Shown one piece after another: positions 34,464-47,500 of a DNA stretch of 64,000 nucleotides. Position 1 is the stretch's first letter; each line of letters begins with the position of its first letter. The notes beneath the pieces are model-generated. The model saw only the letters and a program-made list of their open reading frames with translations, was not told the origin of the DNA and searched no databases. The stretch covers positions 434,001 to 498,000 of the forward strand of contig OZ025670.1 in assembly GCA_964019335.1 (NCBI GenBank), read 5' to 3'. The DNA is from Diplonema japonicum (Eukaryota > Protista > Euglenozoa: Diplonemea). The position numbers and the translations under genes are program-made.

Positions 34464-35256
34464 TTGTAGGGAAGGAGAAAGTGAACAAGGAAAAGGAGAA
34501 GCTGAAAAAGAGCCTTGTTCCCCCCCCCCTCATTTTTTGAAAGATCAAAAAGAAAGAACATACAAAAACTGCGAAAAGGTTCACACGCGCGCTTTTATTG
34601 TTTTTGTTTTCCCCCTTCTCATTAGAAAAGGTGATCGGGGGAAAGAAAAGGGGGAAGGGGATCCTATGCTTTATATGAACTCGTCCTGGTGGGGATTTTC
34701 TTTTCTTTTTTTTTTGTCCACAACTGACCCTGCTGTGCGGCAGAAACAGAATATTGAAGGATTTTCCTAATTTTTACTATACGCATGGGTTTTCTCCAAA
34801 ACTGCTAGGCTATGATTCACTATCCTTTTTTTTTTTTTTTTTTTTACAAAATATTTAAATCTTTCAAAAAATGATTTTATAACCATATGCAACTTGTGCC
34901 GAGCAAAAGACTTTCGCAGCTTTTTAAAAACATTTTTTTTTTTTTTGCTCGCGCGAACAGCAAAGACGTATTGTCATAAAGAATGATTTTTTTTTTTTGC
35001 ATGAACAAGAAAAAAACAAATTGATAATGAATTTTTAGTACTAAAAAGAGTAGTGGTAGCATTGTTGGGCTTATCCTTCTACAGGTTAACCCCCGGCTGT
35101 GCACAAACAATAAATACATCATGTCTGTTGCCGTCCTTTTCGAGGGCGAGAAGCTCGAGCTCTTGCTGTGCCGGCTGTGCACAAACAACACAATAAACCG
35201 ACTCTTTACCCCGGCAAATACTCAAAAAGAAATTTTTTTTTGAAACCCCGGGTGGG

Positions 35257-35289
<33 letters not shown>

Positions 35290-35564
35290 CTCAAGACAGT
35301 TTTCCACCGGACGAGCTCATATCACTAATCTTTCACGGCTCCCCCCCTTTTTTTTTAATGTCTGGAAAAAGGGGAGGCACCCCCCCCTACAACCACACCC
35401 TCTGTTCCTTTCACAAGTAAGGTACTTTGGTTCTTTTCTGTTTCCTTTTATTAAAAAAAAAGAAAAATTATATCCCCCTTCTCCTTTTCTCCTGAAGCCC
35501 AACCTCAAACACATGTCCAGCGTCACAGTGTACACCCGACAAAAAAAAAAAAAAAAAAAAAAAA

Positions 35565-38500
35565 ATGTCGTCGATGACAAGCCCGAACCTGATAGTAGGA
35601 AGAACATGCAGACTGTCAGAAGCCATTGGCGGGCTCCTCAGAGAAAAGGGCGTTAAAGGTTGTTTCGCATCCTGTGGGTTTGACGTAGATTCAATGTTAA
35701 GAGGGTTGAAAGAAGGAGGGCTGCCTTGTTGGCCAGTCGGGGACGATGGAGAGGGACAAGCAGCAAGGTGTGCGTGGGCGGTAACAGGCCAGCTTCAAGT
35801 TGTGGTAAGTTCTGGCACCGTCCCAATAGGGATTAACAACTCCCCTATATTGGTGCTCAAACTTGAGCAAGCCACTGACAGCCCTGCCACCCCTCTGTCC
35901 ATTTTTTCTTCAGTCAATTCCATTGGATCAAACGATGACGGTGATGTTCGTGTTGTCACCATACCCACCACTCTTGTTTCAGCACCCTTCACCATCCCCA
36001 TTGATTTTACAATGCCGCAGAGGATGGTACGATGCGATAGAACATCACCCTTATCTAAGGGGCAAGGCCAGTCTGGCGATCACCTCATGTCGTGCCTCGG
36101 GGAATCTGTCCCTGAGGCAGCTCTGTTCATAGCCGACGATGCTGAGATCGTTGCCAAGGGCATAGAGCATTTAAAACCAACGCAAGATATCCTAAAGGTT
36201 CCAAGCGACACAGTCCACCACAATCTCTCTGGCACTGTGCAGTGCAAGGACCGCACGGTCGTAGCCCTCGTCAGCGACGTCTCGCTGATGAAGTACGGGC
36301 TGCAGCTTTCCTTCTCCTCCCTTGCACGAAACTTTATAATCGTCTCCCTTCCTTCCCAATCCCGTTCTTCAAGCCTCGAGCATCTCGCTTCAGCGTTGAA
36401 CTTTAAATTCCTCGAGACCGATGACCCTTCTCTGCTTTCGTCATCGCTTGCTAGCTTCAATGGGTCACTTTTGGTCAGCTGGACTCGTTTTACGAGTGTC
36501 CCTCTTCCTCCCCCGTCGCACTTAATGAATGCTATCTGCAACGTGCTCTTGGAAGCTGGCGTGAAGCATATATTCACACCTACCCAGGGAGATAGACATG
36601 TTACCGTCCACGGGGCAACACATGCCGCAAAAGGAGCCGCCGAAACATCGTCGGCCTCCGCTGTCATCTGCACCCTTGAGGACGCTTCCCCGCTCCCTCC
36701 CTCAAAACCTGTTGTGCAAGTCATCCTATCTGGGGAAGACCCTGCTTGTGTTGAAGCGTCTTTCAATGCAAAGCAGACTCTTGCAGTCACAGAGCCCTCA
36801 CGTCTCTCTTCCGCCTTACGCCATGCTGTGGCTATTTCCCTTGTGCCCCCATCGGCTCCCGTGACGCTGATCCTTCCACGGGAAATGCTGCCGTGTGGGG
36901 AGCCTACCGACTTCTCGTGGCCTTCTCTTCGGGATCCTGTTAAGGATTTGTCTCGCCTTACGGAACTTAAGCTGCTTTGTTCTACTACACCCACACGACT
37001 TCACATATCGTGCCCCCTTCCTGCTTCCCTCCAGCCACACGTCGAAGCCATCGTGAAGGCTTTCGACATGACAGTCACCACCGCTGCTGTTGCTAAAGGC
37101 AGCTACCCTGAGACGGCATCGAACTGGCTCTGGTCAGGTCCTGTTGTCCCCCCTGAACTGCAAGCAGCACTGGTCCCTTGCAGGGCTTGGGTTGTCCTTG
37201 GTGACGGGGTGCCCCCCTCACCTGCTCCGCATGTACTCACCATATCCCCGAGCCCACAAGCTGACCTGCTGTGCGACGTTGAAACCTTCGTCACTGAACT
37301 GGCGCTTGTCTCCGCAGACCAGAAGCCCAAAGCACCAGTTGCAGCCGATCTTATCAGCAAGTGCCACGTGAAAATGAGCTCTCGTCTGGCAGCCTTGCGA
37401 GGCGAGGGTGGCCCGACTCCTTCGTTCATCTTTGCGAAGTTGCAGGAAATACTACCGCAAGACACTGTGTACTGTTTGGACTCAGGGATGTCATACGAGG
37501 CAGGTGTTGAAAACCTGAGAGTTGGGAGCACCGATGACGTGATTATCCCCACTGACCCTAAGATGAGGGGCGTGGCATTACCGGCGGCAGTGGGACTCAC
37601 CTGCAGGACGCAGAAAACAGCGGTAGTGGTGTTGGGCGATGGGTGCTTCTTGGAGTCGTACTCCGCACTGGTGACTGCAGCAGCCATGAAAGCGCCTATG
37701 ATCATTGTGCTCTTGAGGGACGGTGAACGTGCATTGCTTTCGGTGCAGTATAAGCTTGCCGGGAGGCGAGTCCCCGAGCACAACGACCTTCCTCCTTTTG
37801 ACGTATCTCACGCAGCAGCCCTTTGCCGTGTAGCATACAGAAAAGTGACAAAGGATGATATGGGTGCAGCGGTGGCATGGGCCCGGGAACGCACAGAAGC
37901 AGGCGAAGGACCTATTTTGCTTGAGATTCGGCCAGCTCCTGAAGTGCCCTTCTCTGTCATCGCGTCACTTCTGCCGCAGAACAACATAGAGGCCAGCACC
38001 GAACCGCTGCCTGTGAAGCAAACAGCCAGCAGCCCGAAGAATGTGACGCTCAACAAAGTGCAGCGTTTAGTGCGTGCCACCGTCGAGCCCGGCGACTTCT
38101 ACACCCCCATTGTAAGGCAGCGCGATACTTCTTTTGCTGTAAACGAGCTACAAACCAGAACTGCTTCCAACAAGCTAGCAATCTGGGACATCCTATGCCA
38201 CGCAAGGGACACTGCGCCACAGCACACTGCCTACGTCGAGGGTGACGTGAAGGCTACGTATGAAAAGTTCTATTCGCGAGTTTGCCATGTTGCTGATTAC
38301 TTGCAGAACGTCGCGAAAGTGCAACCGGGAGAGAGGGTAGGGGTTATGACGCCTAACATATACCAGTGCCTTGAAGCACATTATGCCATCGCAGGTGGTG
38401 CCAGAGGGGTTGTTCTGAATCTTAACCAGAGGTTGAGTGCGGAGGAGCTGGCGTACGTGCTGGACGACTCAGAGCCTGTGTGGATCGTCACGGCGAGTAG

Positions 38501-41500
38501 GTTTGCGCCACTAATCATCGACGCTGTGAAGAAGAGTAAAAAGACCGTTAAGGGACTGCTGTGGGTCGGTGACGTACCGTCGGCAGTAGAGGCATCGATC
38601 ATGCACCACGATTTCGACGCAGTGGCCAACGGAGAGGGCACGGAGCTTGACGTCGAAGGTTTCACGCCGCCACCTGGCGACCCGAGCGACGGTTGTGAAA
38701 TGTACTACACGTCCGGCACAACGGGAAGGCCCAAAGGTGTCATCCTCACACAGAAGATAGTGGTCCTTCACGCACTGGGCTGCATGATCGAGCACCGCCA
38801 CCACTCACGTGACGTGTGGGGGCACATTGCCCCCATGTTCCACCTGGTTGATGCCTACGGGATGTTCTCGATCACATGGGTGTGCGGAACACAAGCCTTC
38901 GTCCCTGTTTTCAGTGCTGCCAACTCCTTGTCCGCTATTGAGGACTACGGCATCACCGTCACGAACATGGCATCAACAATGGCCACGCTGCTGCTCACGC
39001 ATCCCGGTGTTGAGAAGAGGAACTTCCGTTCGCTTGAAATGATTTCCTGTGGCGGGGCACCCCTGAGCAGGGAGACCACGCTGCGCGCTATTGCTGTGTT
39101 CGGGTGCGAGATCTTCCAAAGTTACGGGATGACAGAGTGCTGTGGGAAGATATCCATGTCCCTCCTGAACACACCTGAAGTGCAGAAGCTTCCTCCACAT
39201 GAACAAGTGGATCTCGTGTGCAGTTCGGGGAAACCATTTGGCCTCCCTGGGTTTGAGGTGCGTGTTGTTGGCAATGACGGCAATGTGGTGGCGCCTATGA
39301 GCGGGGATGTGGGTGAAGTGCAGATAAAAGGGCCAACTGTCTTCAGCGGGTACCACAACAGACCCGAGGCGACTGCCGAGTCCTTTGACGGAGACTGGTT
39401 TAAGACAGGAGACCTTGCGACAGTGGGCGCTCACGGTTATCTGAATGTTTGCGACAGGAAGAAGGACATGATCCTCACTGGTGGGGAGAACGTCTATTCC
39501 GTCGAAGTGGAGCGCGTCCTCGCCGACCACGAGGAGGTCAAGTATGTGGGTGTCTACGCAATTCCGAACAGCCTCCTGGGCGAGGTTGTCAAGGCAGTCG
39601 TGGAGCTCCACCCCGGGGCAACCATTACATCTACCAAGCTTAGGCGGCACTGTGAAAAGTTCCTTGCAGACTATAAAGTTCCCAGAGAGCTTGAGATCGT
39701 CTCTAACATGCCCCTCACAGGCACCGGCAAGGTGGCAAAAGCGGAGCTGAAGGCGCGAGAAGCCGCAAAGAGAGAAGAAAAGGAGAAAGCAAGGAAAGAG
39801 CGTTCTACACCTGCACCTGCCCCTGAAGCACAGCCACCTCTCACCAACGAAGTTCTTCAGAACGACACATACCACGTTACATGGAAGCCTGAGAGTGTAG
39901 GCAGAGGCAACAACATCACGGGGCACTGGGTTGTCCTCTCTGACTCAGACGGCATTGGGAACTTACTTTCTGAACAGCTGGCCTCCGAGAGCGCGAATAT
40001 AGCAACGCTGGACTACTCTGCATGCGATCCGTACTCGGTGGACACCTTCAAGAATGTTCTCAGGAAAGATACGGAAGGTGTTGTTTTCATGTGGGGCCTG
40101 AACTGCAGCCCTGTTGGTGGTGAGAAGGTGACCTCTGACGTAACGCAGCAGGTCCATTCGTCGTTGCGATCGCTGTTGGCACTGCTGCAGGCTGTCTTGT
40201 CTGTGAAAACAAGCATGAACATATGGATTGTGACTAGAGGTGCTGAAGTGGACATCCCTGGGGTGCCATCGCAGTGCACGCCTGTGCATGCTTCGCAGCA
40301 GGCTTTGTGGGGTATTGCTAGAGTGATACCTGCCGAGAGGTCAGGGCTTCGGTGCCGCGTGGTGGACTTGTGCCCAGGAGACAGCAGTGTCGAGGCCAAT
40401 GCTTCTTCCCTACGATCGGAGATTTCTGCGCCAGACGGAGGAGCGTCGCACGGAGAGTCCGCTTGGAGGGCACGCAGAAGGTACGTACCACGCCTTCAAC
40501 TATTGTCGATGCCTTTTTCTGAATCCCCTAGCCTCCGGTCGGATGCTACATATATCATTACGGGAGGCCTTGGCGGGCTGGGGAGAAATCTTACGCGCTA
40601 CATGGTCACGAGCTGGGGTGCCAAGCACCTAGTCTTGGTGAGCAGGCGGAAGCCCGAAGACAGCGTTGCTAAAGAATTGCAGGATCTTGAGGCAAGGTTC
40701 TCTGCTACCATTAGAGTTGAGTCAGCGGACATCTCAAAGGTGGAGTCGACAGAAGCTTTCTTCGCTAGAGTTGCCAGTTCCATGCCCCCCATCAAGGGTG
40801 TCTTCCACCTGGCGGGTGTCGTCGACGATGGTAAGATTGAAGATCAGACGTGGGACAGATTCTCAAAGGTTCTGGTGCCGAAAGTGGATGGCTCCATCAA
40901 CCTTCATGTTGCAGCTGAGAAACTGAAGCTGGACCTCGACCATTTTGTGTTGTTCTCGAGCATTTACGGCGTGCTAGGATACAGGGAGCTCACGCACTAC
41001 GCTGCGGCCAACGCATTCCAAGATGGGTTATGCCTGGCTAGAAGGCGTATGGGTCTTCCCGCCCTTGCGGTCAGCTGGGGCACCTGGGCAGACGCTGGGA
41101 TGGCGTCGAGGTTTGGTTCTGGCTTCGAGTCTTACTGGAAAGGGTTGGGGATGGAATTCGTGCCTTTAGAAGGTGGGATGCAGACACTCGGTTCTTTGTG
41201 CATGCAGGCAGCAGGGTGCATGCAGGCAGCAGCGGCTGACAGGGTCGTTCATGCGGGGGTCTTTCCTGCAAGCTGGGAAAGATACACAAAGCAACGCAGA
41301 CAGCTTGGCCCTCACCCTTTGTGTGTGGACCTCGTCGAGTCTCCGGCGCAAGCTGTCACTGCCTCTACAGAGAATCTGCCTCCCCTTGTCAAGGAGATGT
41401 TGCAGGTGCCACCCGAGCGGAGGCAAAAAGCAATGGAGACAAGCATCATACGCATGATCCTCGAGCTTAAGGATGAAAGTGACGACGAAGAAGTGGACCC

Positions 41501-44500
41501 TGAACTGCCTGTTGTGGACATTGGGCTGACGTCAATGCACGTCATCGATCTCACGGTGCAGCTGGGAGAGGTAACAGGGATCGAGGACATCTCCCCAACA
41601 CTTGTTTACGAGTGCGTCACAATCGCCGCTGTGGCGGAGAAAATCCTTGAAGACATTCGTGACCACCTGGACAAGGCGTCCAGTGCGGCACCGCAGTCTG
41701 CAGTGGACCCCAACGCCACGCAGCTGGTGCAAAGGCTGCAGGGGGCGTCACCAGCTGACCGCCCGAAGATCTTGCAGGATGCCGTAATCGAGCTTACAAA
41801 GGAGCTGCTTGATGATGAAGATGTTGAGGTATGCTTTGAGCTTCCTATGTTATCGCCACAGATCGACGTGACAGCACCTGTCGTGGAGCTTGGGCTGACC
41901 TCGATGCACGTCGTCGACATGACGCAGCAACTGGTATGGCACCACACCACACTGCCTCACACTGCCACAGATTGATATCACGGGACTCGATGACCTGTCG
42001 CCGACCTTCATCTACGAGTGCGTCACAATCGCTGCCGCTGTCGCCCAGTTGCTTGAAGAGCTTCCCCTGTCAAATGCCGTTCAAGCAACACCACAGCCAA
42101 CTTCTTCACCTGTAAAGGAGGCACCTGACCAGTCTATGGGGCCTTTGGCTGTGGTCGGGATGGGATGCAGACTCCCTGGCGACGCGAACACGCCGTCTGA
42201 ATTTTGGGAAAACCTCGAAGCCGAGAGGAACTGCATTGTGCCGACACCAGGGGACAGGCCGTCTAATGGCAGGCCAAGCGGCTACCTGAGCGCTAAAACA
42301 ATTAAAAACTTCGATAGCCAAGCGTTTAATATTTCTGATGTTGAAGCAGCGTGCATGGACCCACAGCAGCGCCTACTGCTGCAGGTGGCTAAAGAAGCTT
42401 TTGAAGATGCAGGGATCAAAGTGGAAGAGCTGCAGGACAGAAGAGTTGGTGTGTTCGTGGGTGTCAGCAATGTGGAGTACGGTGCACTGTGCATGAAAGC
42501 GGTTCAGGAAGGGAATATGGACCCTCTACCTTACTGCGGCACCAGTTGGCATCTGAGCATTGCTGCAAACCGCATTTCGTATCTACTGGACCTCACGGGA
42601 CCGAGTGTGTCAATGGATACGGCCTGCTCTTCGTCACTTACGGCGATGGACTTTGCTGTAAAGGCACTTCGGGCGGGGTCGTGCTCCATGGCACTGGTGT
42701 GCGGTGCCAACGTGCAGTTGGTGGAAACGTGGAGCGACTGCTTCGAGATTGCTGGGATGCTCTCCCCGACGTATTCGTGCAAGTTTGGTGACAACTCGGC
42801 AGATGGCTACGTACGGGGTGAAGGTGTCGGTGCCGTGCTTGTAAAACCCTTGCAGGATGCTGTCGCTGATGGAAACAACATTTACGCGGAAGTGGTTGGC
42901 ACAGCTATCAACCAGGACGCAAGAAGCAATGGCTTGACAGCCCCGAACCCCGCTGCACAAGAGGCACTCTTGAAAGCTGCATACACAGGCATGGACACCA
43001 ACGATGTAATGTACATCGAGGCGCACGGCACGGGAACGCGCCTCGGAGATCCTATTGAAATGGCAGCTCTCGGACGAGTGCTGGGTGCACCTAAAGACAT
43101 GCCACCCCGCCAGCAGCCGCTGCTCATGGGGAGCGTCAAGAGCTGCATTGGGCATTTAGAGTGCGCTGCTGGTATCGCTTCCATCATCAAGACGTGCCTC
43201 ATCCTCAGCCATGGCAGGATCCCCCCATCGCTGCACTTCAGTACACCGAACACTGTCGTGAGATTCGAAGTATGCTTAAATTTACCCTCAACCCCATTAG
43301 GCGTCGGGACTTGAAGTAGTTGGCCAGTCAAAGGGTACCCGTCCCCTCCCCCGCCCCGCTAGCAGCAGACAACCAATGATTGGAGTGTCTGGCTTCGGGT
43401 TTGGTGGCACCAATGGGCACTGCGTCTTCAGGCAGCACGAGCAGAAACCCATGTATGCCCCTCACGAACTCAAGTTTACACATACTGCAGTGACAAAACC
43501 GCTCTGAAACACTCTGGAAGGTGCCTTGTTCCTATCTCAGCACACTCAGAAGAGTCGCTGAGGTTGACAGCGGAGCGATGGATAACTGTGGCCAAAGATG
43601 CTAACCAGACAGGATACCCTACACTGGCTGACTTCGCAAGGACAGCAGCACTGTACAGGTACCATGGCACGCGAGAGAAGCCTGTCAGAGCGACCGTTGT
43701 TGCTGCTGACATGTCGGAGTTGACTACTAGACTAACAGCGCTGGCGACATCTTCGACGCATCCGTGTGCGCCATCGAACCGTGCTGTGTCTACAGCACCA
43801 AAGGTGGCATTCGTGTTCACAGGACAGGGGTCGCAAACGGTAGGCATGGGACGTGGGCTGTACGAGACGAGCCATGCGTTTGCCAAAGCAATGGAAAGCT
43901 GCGATGAGATCCTGGCCACTAAGAACATTCTCCCCGAGGGCTACACTCTGCTGGGCACTTTGTACGGACCTCCTGAGGCTTGCGAAACGGCTATGAGCAA
44001 CGCCGGGTTTTTGCAGCCAACGCTCCTCTCGGTGGAGTACGCTCTGTCGAGACTCATCGAAGACGAGCTGATGGTGCAACCAGCCGTTGTCATGGGCCAC
44101 AGTCTTGGAGAGATCACAGCGTGTATTGCTTCGGGTGTGCTCACGCTAGAAGATGCCCTCGTCCTAGCAGCAGGCCGTGGTGCTGCTATGGCAGCCGTAC
44201 CAGCAGGTCAAGGTGGGATGGCAGCAGTGAGGTTGGACAAGAAAGAGCTGGACGAATTCCTGAAGGAGTGTGCACCAAAGGTAACCGTTGCGGCAGTTAA
44301 CGCGCCTGGTTCGTCTGTTATTAGTGGGCCACTGGCAGATTTGAAGATAGCGATTGCTGCTTTGAAGGAAAATGGGAAGAAGGTGAGGCAGCTTACAGTC
44401 TCGCACGGGTTCCACTCCATGCAGATCGAGGATGCCTTGCCGAGACTCAGAGACGTGGCATCAAAACTCCGTCCGAGACCCGTCAAGGAGGGTATTGTGG

Positions 44501-47500
44501 CCATCTCGAATGTAACAGGGACTGTCCAGACCAAAACGCCTGACGCACAATACTGGGTAGACCACGCAAGGGGCGCTGTGCTGTTCATGAGTGGCGTCGA
44601 GGCTGCACTCGAGCAAGGCGTCAACGTATTCTTAGAGCTTGGTCCCCAGCCGCATTTGTCAGTGCAGATCAACGGGGTCATTGCCACACACAACAAGCCA
44701 GTTGCAGTGGTCAGCACCCTGAAGGCAGGTGAAGACGAGTCAGAGCTGCTTGGTATCACTGCAGGTGCCCTTCACAATGCAGGTGTTCCACTTCAATGGG
44801 ACAGACTGTGTGGCAGCGGGACGCGTGTCCAGCTTCCCACCACTGCATTTGCGGGTGCAGAGCTGTGGTCTGACGCCCTGCAGCCAACTCGCAGGCAGCT
44901 GTTGGCACAAATTCAGGAACGGGACCCTGCAGGGGTTGTTTTCAACACTGAATGGAAGGAACATCCCGTCAGTAGCAACATAGACCTAAGGTCTAGAGCG
45001 GTGCTGCTCATCTCTGACAACGGCAGCCACAAGGCTCTTATACCTGAGCTTAAAAGCGTTGGGTGTCTTGTTAGCAAGGTGGTCGCACCTCCGACTGAAC
45101 TGTCATCCCAGAAGGTCACTGCCGCGTTGGAGGAGCGCCCGAGGTGGCACTGTGTGGTGTTCTCGTGCAGTGCACCTGATATTCTGCACTGCACCACTGC
45201 ACTGCTTCGTGTTGTGCAGGCAGCACAGCGTTTGAAGAGAGTCGACAGGATCCTTGTACTCACAACTGGTGTGTGCAGCGACAAACCCGGCGAGAATGGA
45301 CTTGACATCAGTGTCGCGTGCCAAGCTGGGTTGTGGGGATTTGTGAAGTCAGCTCGTCTTGAGATGACGAACGGCCCCCTCATGCAGTGCTGTGACAAGG
45401 ACCCTTCCAACACGGACGTCGCAAAATCCGTTGTTGCTGAGATCAGCGCAGAGCACTTCGGGACCGACAACGTGAGGCTTGCTGGCGGTGGTTTTGGAAG
45501 GAGGATCGAACGAGTAGCTGAGGTGAAACGGGTGACAAAGCACAAGTACACGCCACCCCCTGCTGGACCTATTATCCTGACAGGCGGCACAGGTGCTCTG
45601 GGGCTACAGTTGAGCGACTGGCTGATCCGCAGAGGTGCAAGGAAACTTGTGTTGCTGTCGCGCAGCGGAAAGATAGCAAGCAGCAACAGTGGGCTTTGGG
45701 ACGCACTCACCGTGACTAGTGAAAGATTGGGCGCTGAAGTGAAGCTGCAGAAATGCGACGTATCAGACCCGAAGCAGGCAAAGGACATGATCAACGAATA
45801 TGCCGCTGACCTACCACACGGTGGGTTGGTGCATTGTGCGGGTGTGCTGGACGACGGGCTGCTTAGATCGCAATCAGAAGAACGCTTCGACAAGGTGATC
45901 ACGCCAAAAGTGGGGGGTCTGCTGCACATCTTCAAAGCAATGATGGCGCGCACTGTGCGCCCCACGTTGTTCTTGCTCTTCTCCAGCGTCACTTCCTTGA
46001 TGGGGAACATTGGGCAGACCAACTATGGCGCCGCGAACTCGATGCTGGATTCCATTGCACGCCAGTTGCGGGCAGCGGAGTTTCCGTGTACCTCTGTGCA
46101 ATGGGGTCCATGGGGTGGTCACGGAATGGCCGCCTTCATGGATGAGAGTGAAGGTGTGAACACCGTTTGGAAGCCCCTGACGCCTGCCCTAGGTTGGGGT
46201 GCACTTGACGTGGTATGCCAATTATGTTAAACCCACTTCACCGCAGGCCCTGGCGCAAGGTGCTGACCCCGTTCTCTGTGTAAGCGGCTTCAAATGGAAC
46301 AACCTTCGCGAATTCATGTCAACAAGCCCGTGGAACGAGAACTACTTCGGGGACATGGTAGAGGTATGCACCCCGCGCGCTGTGAAACACGTGGCAGATG
46401 TACACCGAGGAAATCGACAGCAGCGTGAGGAACGAGAGCGTTGAGATCCTTGAGGAAGAAGAGTCCGCCACCCCCGTCTCTGAATCAAGCGTTGCAGAGA
46501 AGCTCAAAGTATGTTATAAAAATGTAATAAGCCACGCATCACAGGAACTGCTTAGTAGATACGTAAAACAAGGGTCGCAGTTGCTACCCACTACCGAGCT
46601 TGTGTCCCTTGGCCTTGATTCTGTCGACATGACAGCCACAGCACAGGACATCTCAAAGAAGTTCGGTATCAAAGCGGGTCCTATGCTGGTGATGGAGGCA
46701 AGCAATTTGGCTGAGTTGACAACAACCATAACTGCCGAGCTGGTAAAGGGTAGCAGTCACAAAGCCCCTGCTGTTAAGAAGGTCAAGCGTGCCGAACCCC
46801 GAAGCAAGAACCCGCTGTCACCAGCTGCTGCTGCGGAACAGGAGGCCCTCTCGGAAGCTGATATCTTGGCTGGTGTAATTGACATCCTTTCCAAGTTCGC
46901 AAAGGGTGTGCTAGGCATCACCATGGGCACAACTCTAGTATCCCTCAGTCTGGACTCCGTGGATATGACAGCCATTGCGCAGGAGGTGGGCAAGCGTTTC
47001 AGCATAAAGGCAGGCCCCATGCTTGTCATGGAGGCAGAGATCGTTGCGGATCTAGTGGCCTCCATCCAAGAGGCGGGAGCTAGCCGGACGACTGAGAAGA
47101 AGGCAAGTAAACAAGTGAAAAAGGTAAGCAGCAAGAACGGATTCACGGCACCGCAGGCAACTCTTACCCCTGAGACTTGCTTGGAACAGTTGAAGCAGGT
47201 GCTTTTAAAGTTCGCAAAGAGCGGAGCTGCCATCGAGCCCTCCACAGAGCTGGTGGCGCTCAGCCTTGACAGTGTCGACATGACAGCCATTGCACAGGAG
47301 GTTGCACGGAAGTTCAATGTCAAAGTGGGTCCTATGTTCGTGATGGAAAGTGAGACAGTCGACGACTTGTGCCAAGGGGTCATCGCCAAGCAGCCGGTAG
47401 CATCTCCTGCAGCATCTACCTCGCAGTCCGCAAGGCGTGCTACACCCAAAGCAGCTGAAGCCAACGTCGACCTGCAGGATGAGAACGCGGACTTGAAGTG

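Noticed and set aside
35093-35188. Possible CRISPR-like repeat
   Set aside because: Only two 18-bp units, eukaryotic context, no cas genes
41829-46544. Reading the PKS as several genes or as a frameshifted pseudogene
   Set aside because: Every break has a canonical short intron whose removal restores frame and conserved motifs (ACP2 helix, SGFGFGGTNGH)
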